Source of the DNA: an uncultured Gammaproteobacteria bacterium
Lineage (GTDB): Bacteria; Patescibacteriota; Microgenomatia; UBA8517
DNA length: 64,000 bases
Direction: 5' to 3'
Assembly: GCA_964430475.1 (NCBI GenBank)
Contig: CAYSEQ010000004.1
Coordinates: forward strand, 986 to 64,985
The notes beneath the pieces were generated by a model. The model saw only the letters and a program-made list of their open reading frames with translations, was not told where the DNA came from and searched no databases. Below, piece by piece: positions 58,758-64,000 of the stretch (its first letter is position 1; each line of letters begins with the position of its first letter). A program made the position numbers and the translations under genes.

Positions 58758-60041
58758 ATGGAAAGGCCAGTCAGGGTTCGTATAGCACCTTCTCCAACGG
58801 GTTTTGCACATGTTGGAACGGCATATACTGCTGTCTTTAATTTTGCTTTTGCTAGAAAAAATAGCGGTAAGTTTATTTTGCGTTTGGAGGATACTGATAT
58901 AAAAAGGAATGTACCTGGGGCAGAGACTGCGATATATGAAGGCTTATCGTGGTTGGGTTTGACTTGGGATGAAGGTCCAGATGTTGGCGGGAGGTTTAGT
59001 CCCTATAGGCAATCCGAGAGACTCAATATCTACCAACAAGAGGCCAAAAGGCTTCTTAGGAGAGGTCTAGCATTTGAGGATAATGGGGCTATAAGATTTA
59101 AAAATCCAGGAAAAGATGTATTTTGGAAAGATTTAATCCGCGGCGAAATTAAATTTCCTGGCAGTGAGATTACCGATTTTGTCATACTTAAAGCAAACGG
59201 TTTCCCTACATACAATTTCGGCGTGGTAGTGGATGACATTTATATGGAGATTTCGCATGTGATAAGGGGTGAAGAGCATATCTCAAACACTCCAAAACAA
59301 ATTGCCCTTTATAATGCTTTCGAAAAAACTCCGCCAGAGTTTGCGCATCTTCCCACCTTAAGAAATAAAGATCGCAAAAAACTTTCCAAGCGTCGGGATC
59401 CGGTTGATTTAAGAATTTATAAAAAAGAGGGTTTACTTCCTCAGGCCTTGGTTAATTTTTTGTGTCTTCTAGGTTGGTCGCATCCTGAAGGGAAAGAAAT
59501 TTTTGATATGGAAGAGTTCATCAGATTTTTTAGTTTAGAAAGAGTTAGAAAAGCAGGTCCAATTTTTGATTTATCTAAACTTAATTGGATTAATGGAGAA
59601 TATATTAGGAAGTTGTCTCCCAGTGAGCTCGGAGATGAAATTTATGAATTTTTTAACGGGAAATATCCTAAATATAAGATTGGTAAGATTCTCCCCTTAG
59701 TGCAAACTCGCATAAAGAACCTTAAAGAATTTGAAAACTTAGCTGGATTTTTCTTTGAAAAACCCAAGGTCGTAAAAGATCTTTTTGGAGTAAATTATAA
59801 AAGACACTTGAAAGTTGCCTTTGAACTTCTGTCAGGATTAAAAAATTTTAATATTGAGAATTTAAATAAAGCTTTCAAGAAAGCTATTGAGGAAAACTCC
59901 TTTAACACAGGGGATTTTTTTATGGATTTAAGAATTGCTATAGCCGGAAGTCGTATAACTCCCCCAATCAACGAATCTATTCTTATCTTAGGTAAAAAAG
60001 AAACACTGCATAGGTTAGAGGAAGTGTTAAACTTAAGATAA
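58758..60041 (+). CDS. gltX: Glutamate--tRNA ligase (short form)
   Basis: RIAPSPTGFAHVGT (HIGH-class) and KLSKR (KMSKS). Confidence 0.85.
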   Translation: MERPVRVRIAPSPTGFAHVGTAYTAVFNFAFARKNSGKFILRLEDTDIKRNVPGAETAIYEGLSWLGLTWDEGPDVGGRFSPYRQSERLNIYQQEAKRLLRRGLAFEDNGAIRFKNPGKDVFWKDLIRGEIKFPGSEITDFVILKANGFPTYNFGVVVDDIYMEISHVIRGEEHISNTPKQIALYNAFEKTPPEFAHLPTLRNKDRKKLSKRRDPVDLRIYKKEGLLPQALVNFLCLLGWSHPEGKEIFDMEEFIRFFSLERVRKAGPIFDLSKLNWINGEYIRKLSPSELGDEIYEFFNGKYPKYKIGKILPLVQTRIKNLKEFENLAGFFFEKPKVVKDLFGVNYKRHLKVAFELLSGLKNFNIENLNKAFKKAIEENSFNTGDFFMDLRIAIAGSRITPPINESILILGKKETLHRLEEVLNLR

Positions 60042-60065
60042 AGTTTAATCCGGAAGGCTTTTGAT

Positions 60066-61085
60066 TTGTATCTTTCGTTTAGTAAAAAAAGTATTGCTTT
60101 ATGGAGAATAAAGGCTATGGGAGGTAAACTGCCCACCCAAACTTATCATTCAATATACAAAAAATCTTTAGATTTTGACGATTTTCGTGCGAAACTTAAG
60201 TTAAAAAATATTGAAGCAAAAAATCACTTAGCGAAGAAATATCCCCATGCTGAGAAATTTTTAAAACAAAAAGGACTCGAGATAGCAAAGATAAGAGAAC
60301 ATTCTGCTAAGCTTTTAAGTACTGGTGCTTTGACAGGTGCCCTTCTTTTAGGTTTCCCGAAAGACGAGTTTCTACTTCCATCTCCCTATGAGTTTGTGGA
60401 TAAAATAAGTTCAAAAAGAAACTTGATTGCGTTAGGTAGTGGAAAGAGTGAAGTCCAACTTAGTTTAAAAGAAATCTTACTTGAGGCTTTTGATTCTATT
60501 TTGCCAAAAAAGATTCGGCCATTAACTCGTGATGAGGAAAAATTTTTGGAGTATGTTTTACGAAAAACAACTAACATACCTGTAAGAGCAACACTTGAGG
60601 GTGAACATTTGAATACTACCTTTGGCATTATCGGTATTGAACAGCATCTTAGGCGTTATCCAGGGGATCGTTTGGAAAAACATGGGAAAGGGGACATCTT
60701 AAGTGCTGGGATTGCTAATGGACTAGGTGCTTGGGGGTATTTTGCAAAAAGTGAAAAAGATTTAACTAAAGATTTAGAAGATATAGAAAAATGGTATGCT
60801 TCTGTACAGACACTCTATTTGCCTGATTGGAATAAAAGATTTCCATACTTGAAAGATTGGTATAAGTATAGAAAGATTCTAATTGTGAATGTTGAGAACG
60901 CAAACGCTGTTGTTGCCTCCGTCGCTGATTCTGGGCCTGCAGCTTGGACGGGAAAGCATTTTGGCGGGAGCCCAGAAGTTATGCAAGCCTTAGGTGGAGA
61001 TAATTTTAAAAAAGGTAAAGTGTTAGTTTTTTTTGTTGACGATCCAGAAAATCAAATTTCATTAGGTCCAGTCAATTATTATTAA
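60066..61085 (+). CDS. Hypothetical protein
   Basis: TTG start at 60066 or ATG at 60117; no motif recognised. Confidence 0.4.
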   Translation: MYLSFSKKSIALWRIKAMGGKLPTQTYHSIYKKSLDFDDFRAKLKLKNIEAKNHLAKKYPHAEKFLKQKGLEIAKIREHSAKLLSTGALTGALLLGFPKDEFLLPSPYEFVDKISSKRNLIALGSGKSEVQLSLKEILLEAFDSILPKKIRPLTRDEEKFLEYVLRKTTNIPVRATLEGEHLNTTFGIIGIEQHLRRYPGDRLEKHGKGDILSAGIANGLGAWGYFAKSEKDLTKDLEDIEKWYASVQTLYLPDWNKRFPYLKDWYKYRKILIVNVENANAVVASVADSGPAAWTGKHFGGSPEVMQALGGDNFKKGKVLVFFVDDPENQISLGPVNYY

Positions 61086-61206
61086 GGAAGGTTTTTAGGA
61101 TTTGAGATGCGATAAAGTTGAAAACAGACTTACTTAGTTAGATGATGATGCAATAACATTGAAAATTTTTTAAAATTTAAAGTTTTTTAAGTTTAAATCT
61201 ATTTTT

Positions 61207-61545
61207 ATGTCTAAGATTTTTTACGACCAATTTATTGACTTAGGAGATCTTAAATCCAAAATAGATAGAATTAGTCAATCTGGTGAGGAAAAAGAAGAGC
61301 TTTGGCACCTTGTTGATGAATATGTTCATCACAGAATTTTAGGATGTATTTTCGACAACCTTCCAAGAAAATATCATGATGAATTTATGAAAAGATTTTA
61401 TGATGAACCTTTTAATGATGGACTAATTGAGTTTTTAAACGCTAAGATGGGAATGAATTTTGAGAAGGTTGTTAGAGAAGAGGTAGATAGGATAAAGAAA
61501 GAATTATTGAAAGAGGCGTGCTTCAAACCAATGAAGCGAAAATAA
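61207..61545 (+). CDS. Hypothetical cytoplasmic protein
   Basis: 112-aa charged protein; no motif recognised. Confidence 0.35.
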   Translation: MSKIFYDQFIDLGDLKSKIDRISQSGEEKEELWHLVDEYVHHRILGCIFDNLPRKYHDEFMKRFYDEPFNDGLIEFLNAKMGMNFEKVVREEVDRIKKELLKEACFKPMKRK

Positions 61546-61860
61546 AACTTGACTATTCTTGAAAGGTTATTTACTCTTTAAGTTGAAGTGAGAAAGCCTG
61601 CCCAATATACAAGTGGTATCGTTGAAATAGTAGTTCTTATAGTTATTGCTCTAATTACGGCTTCGCTACTTTTTCTTTTGATTCCAAATAAAAGTTCATC
61701 CCTTGAAAGTGTATTGGGGGAAGAAACTGTTGAGAACCTACCTTAACAATCTAAAAAATTTGAGATTTTAAAGGTTTCAGTCTTTTTTATAAGAAGTTGT
61801 TTCAAAGCTTAAGATAAAGTTTTAGTCTTTGATCCAATGCTGAAATATTTAAATTAAAAG

Positions 61861-62323
61861 ATGGATATTAGAAAGTGGTTAGAACTTGCGTTAAAGATCG
61901 TTGACGAACGAAGAAGTAGAGGATTTACACTTGAGGTACAGCTTTATGCTTTCAAAAATCTTCTTTATTTAAGACAATTTTTTACCTACTTAATTTTTCG
62001 ATTCCGGCCCAATAAAAGAAAAGAGTATGAAATAGAGTTTATTAAGGGATTCGAAATTTTTTTGTGAGCATTTGTATAATTCTTGTAAATTGTTAGAAAA
62101 AACTCAGGTTATTATAGATTCCCCAATAAGTTTGTCTGAATTGATATTTTTGCTTGATTGGGGTTTAGGAATTTGTTTTGATATAGCCTATAAATATAAA
62201 GAAGAGGAAATTAATAATCTTTATAATAATATGCTTCCTAAAGTAAATTATGTTTATAAGTTAATTAGGCAAAAGAAAGAGGCGCTTAGTGATTATCTTT
62301 ATGGAACGAACTTTTTGTCTTAA
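61861..62323 (+). CDS. Two tandem small hypothetical ORFs (61861..62067 and 62072..62323)
   Basis: 68-aa and 83-aa ORFs in an A/T-rich stretch; coding status uncertain. Confidence 0.2.
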
Positions 62324-62372
62324 CGATGTCTTTCTAAAGAAACCAAGTGGTAATTTTTGAATTTTATTTTGT

Positions 62373-62582
62373 TTACCGAAGCCAGGAGTTAAGCACATTG
62401 TTAACTCTTTCTCTTAATTCTTCGGGGTTTTTTTCCGGATCAATCCCTTGAGACAGCATTTCTTGTTGTATTCCCATTTTTAACTCCTCAACTTCTCTGG
62501 CATAGGGATCAAATTTCTTCTCCCCTTCTTCTTTTCTAGTTGGGTTTCCACCCAAAAAATTTTTAATCCTTTCTATTAACAT
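62373..62582 (-). CDS. Small hypothetical protein (69 aa)
   Basis: Charged helical peptide; uncertain. Confidence 0.2.
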   Translation of the reverse strand: MLIERIKNFLGGNPTRKEEGEKKFDPYAREVEELKMGIQQEMLSQGIDPEKNPEELRERVNNVLNSWLR

Positions 62583-62674
62583 TTTGTGAACAATATTTTG
62601 GAATAATTTTAAGAAATTTTCAAGTTTTTATTGTTTCTTGAAAATTCCTAACCTTAAGCGATAAACTTTTTTCA

Positions 62675-64000
62675 ATGAAAATTAAAGATAAGAAGCTTAA
62701 AAAACTTATCAACCTTTATAAAGAAATTTCAACTTTAGAAAAAATTTCCTCCCTTCTTAGTTGGGATCTTAATGTAAATATGCCTCCAAAAGGAGGAGAA
62801 GCCCGAGCAAGACAAATATCATACATAGCCCAATTAGTTACTGAAAAATGGTTGGATACTGAATTTAGGAAACTTTTCGACTTGCTTGTTGCAAGAAAAA
62901 ATAAACTAGAGGGTTTGGACAGAGCAATATTTAGGAGTTTGGAAAGAGAGGCAAAATTCTATTTTAGGGTTCCTAAAAAAATAATTAAGGAGAAAGCCGA
63001 GACTTCAACATACGCCTTTTTAGCCTGGAAGGAGGCTAGACGCGAAGAAAATTTTTTAAAATTTCTTCCCTTTTTGAAAAGGTTGGTAGAGATTGAAAGA
63101 ATGATAGCTGAATATCTAACCTATGAAGAAAATCCTTACGATGCTTTACTTGATCTTTACGAACCCGAACTTACTACCAAAAAACTTAAAGAGATTTTTG
63201 ACAATCTTGTTCCAGAGTTGACTTTAATTTTAAAAAAGATAAGGAAGAGGAAGGACGAAAATGTACAAGGATTGGTAAATGCAAAGTTTAGATATCCTGA
63301 GAGTACTCAGAAGAAACTAGCACTTTTCGTTTTAAAGAAAATGGGTTTTAGCTTTGAAGCAGGTAGAATGGATGTTTCTCCACACCCCTTTACAACCTCT
63401 TTCTCAAGGTTTGATGTAAGGATTACCAATAGATACAAAGAGGAGGATTTCAGAGAATCCTTAATGGCAGCAATGCATGAAGGGGGCCATGCTCTATATG
63501 ATCAAGGGATAAGTGAAGATTTTGAGGATACTCCTTTAGATGGTGGTGCGTCCCTCGGAATTCATGAATCCCAATCAAGGTTTTGGGAAAATCAAATTGG
63601 AAGAAGTCTTGGTTTTTTGGAATTTATAACGCCAATTCTTCATGCTTTTTATCCAGATCAGCTTTCCAGTGCAGGAGTCCAAGAGATATATAGTCTTTTC
63701 AATGAGGTAAAACCAGGTCTTATTCGCACTGAGGCTGATGAGGTTTCCTATAACCTTCATATAGCTTTGAGGTTTGAGATAGAAGAGGGATTAATTAACT
63801 CTAAGATGAAAGTGGAGGATTTACCTGATATCTGGAGGGAAAAGATGAAGGTATATTTGGATAAAGTGCCAGAAAAAGAAAGTGAAGGAGTTTTGCAGGA
63901 TGTTCATTGGTCATATGGATCTTTCGGCTACTTTCCAACCTACACACTTGGGAATTTGTATGCAGCTCAAATTAAAGCAAGGATGGATGAAGAACTTGAA
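62675..64000 (+). CDS. M32 carboxypeptidase (Taq-like), 3'-partial (runs off the window)
   Basis: HEGGHALYDQG zinc motif, DVRITNRY, VLQDVHWSYGSFGYFPTYTLGN; in frame with the ATG at 62675. Confidence 0.75.
   Translation, partial: MKIKDKKLKKLINLYKEISTLEKISSLLSWDLNVNMPPKGGEARARQISYIAQLVTEKWLDTEFRKLFDLLVARKNKLEGLDRAIFRSLEREAKFYFRVPKKIIKEKAETSTYAFLAWKEARREENFLKFLPFLKRLVEIERMIAEYLTYEENPYDALLDLYEPELTTKKLKEIFDNLVPELTLILKKIRKRKDENVQGLVNAKFRYPESTQKKLALFVLKKMGFSFEAGRMDVSPHPFTTSFSRFDVRITNRYKEEDFRESLMAAMHEGGHALYDQGISEDFEDTPLDGGASLGIHESQSRFWENQIGRSLGFLEFITPILHAFYPDQLSSAGVQEIYSLFNEVKPGLIRTEADEVSYNLHIALRFEIEEGLINSKMKVEDLPDIWREKMKVYLDKVPEKESEGVLQDVHWSYGSFGYFPTYTLGNLYAAQIKARMDEELE

Noticed and set aside
1-64000. 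CRISPR arrays, rRNA genes, tRNA genes
   Set aside because: Scanned intergenic regions for short direct repeats with spacers and for GTTCRANYC T-loops. None were found. All repeats seen are coding (PT linker, dockerin duplication).

Overview
This 64 kb window is a gene-dense, low-GC (roughly 35-40% by eye) bacterial chromosome segment. TGA is used as a stop codon, so the standard code applies. The gene content looks like a reduced-genome Patescibacteria (candidate phyla radiation)-type organism, but that is inference: short GluRS (427 aa), archaeal-type Asp/Asn-tRNA ligase, truncated Rel, many type IV pilus genes, ComM, and mostly secreted or membrane hypothetical proteins.

Main blocks in order:
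1. A 5'-partial giant secreted protein with a Pro/Thr linker, an internally duplicated Cys-containing domain, an FN3-like domain and a tandem type-I dockerin module.
2. RNase Y, HU, an ABC-2 type transporter (one ATPase, two permeases), MiaA, an AI-2E family transporter and an HExxH hypothetical.
3. A frameshifted DDE-transposase remnant immediately upstream of a clear bacterial type-A RNase P RNA (rnpB).
4. A type IV pilus cluster (11.4-21.1 kb): PilB ATPase, PilC platform, a convergent minus-strand operon of three pilin-like proteins (two of them over 450 aa), a PilM-PilN fusion, a PilO-like protein and a PilA-like major pilin.
5. A histidine kinase plus a lone receiver domain, an alpha-glucan phosphorylase, a 684-aa Cys-rich secreted protein, ComM and MurC.
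6. An envelope module: BlaI-like repressor, M56 BlaR1-like protease, DsbA-like oxidoreductase, a CxxC membrane protein, and an OmpR-type regulator with its kinase.
7. Housekeeping genes: S9 hydrolase, MDR oxidoreductase, Dtd, rhomboid, Nth-like glycosylase, DUF4446/DUF3048 pair, SecD/SecF, a secreted SNase-like nuclease with an Excalibur domain, CCA-adding enzyme, RecJ, truncated Rel, AspRS, a DacA-like carboxypeptidase, GluRS and a 3'-partial M32 carboxypeptidase.

The hunt did not turn up an obvious undescribed multi-gene system. The most interesting leads are the ORF-free 1.36 kb stretch (43.5-44.9 kb), the dockerin-bearing surface protein, the oversized minor pilins, the DsbA + CxxC-membrane-protein pairing inside a BlaI/BlaR1-TCS neighbourhood, and a terminator/antiterminator leader in front of aspS.

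No CRISPR array, rRNA or convincing tRNA was found. All calls rest on motif reading and translation by eye. No database searches were run.
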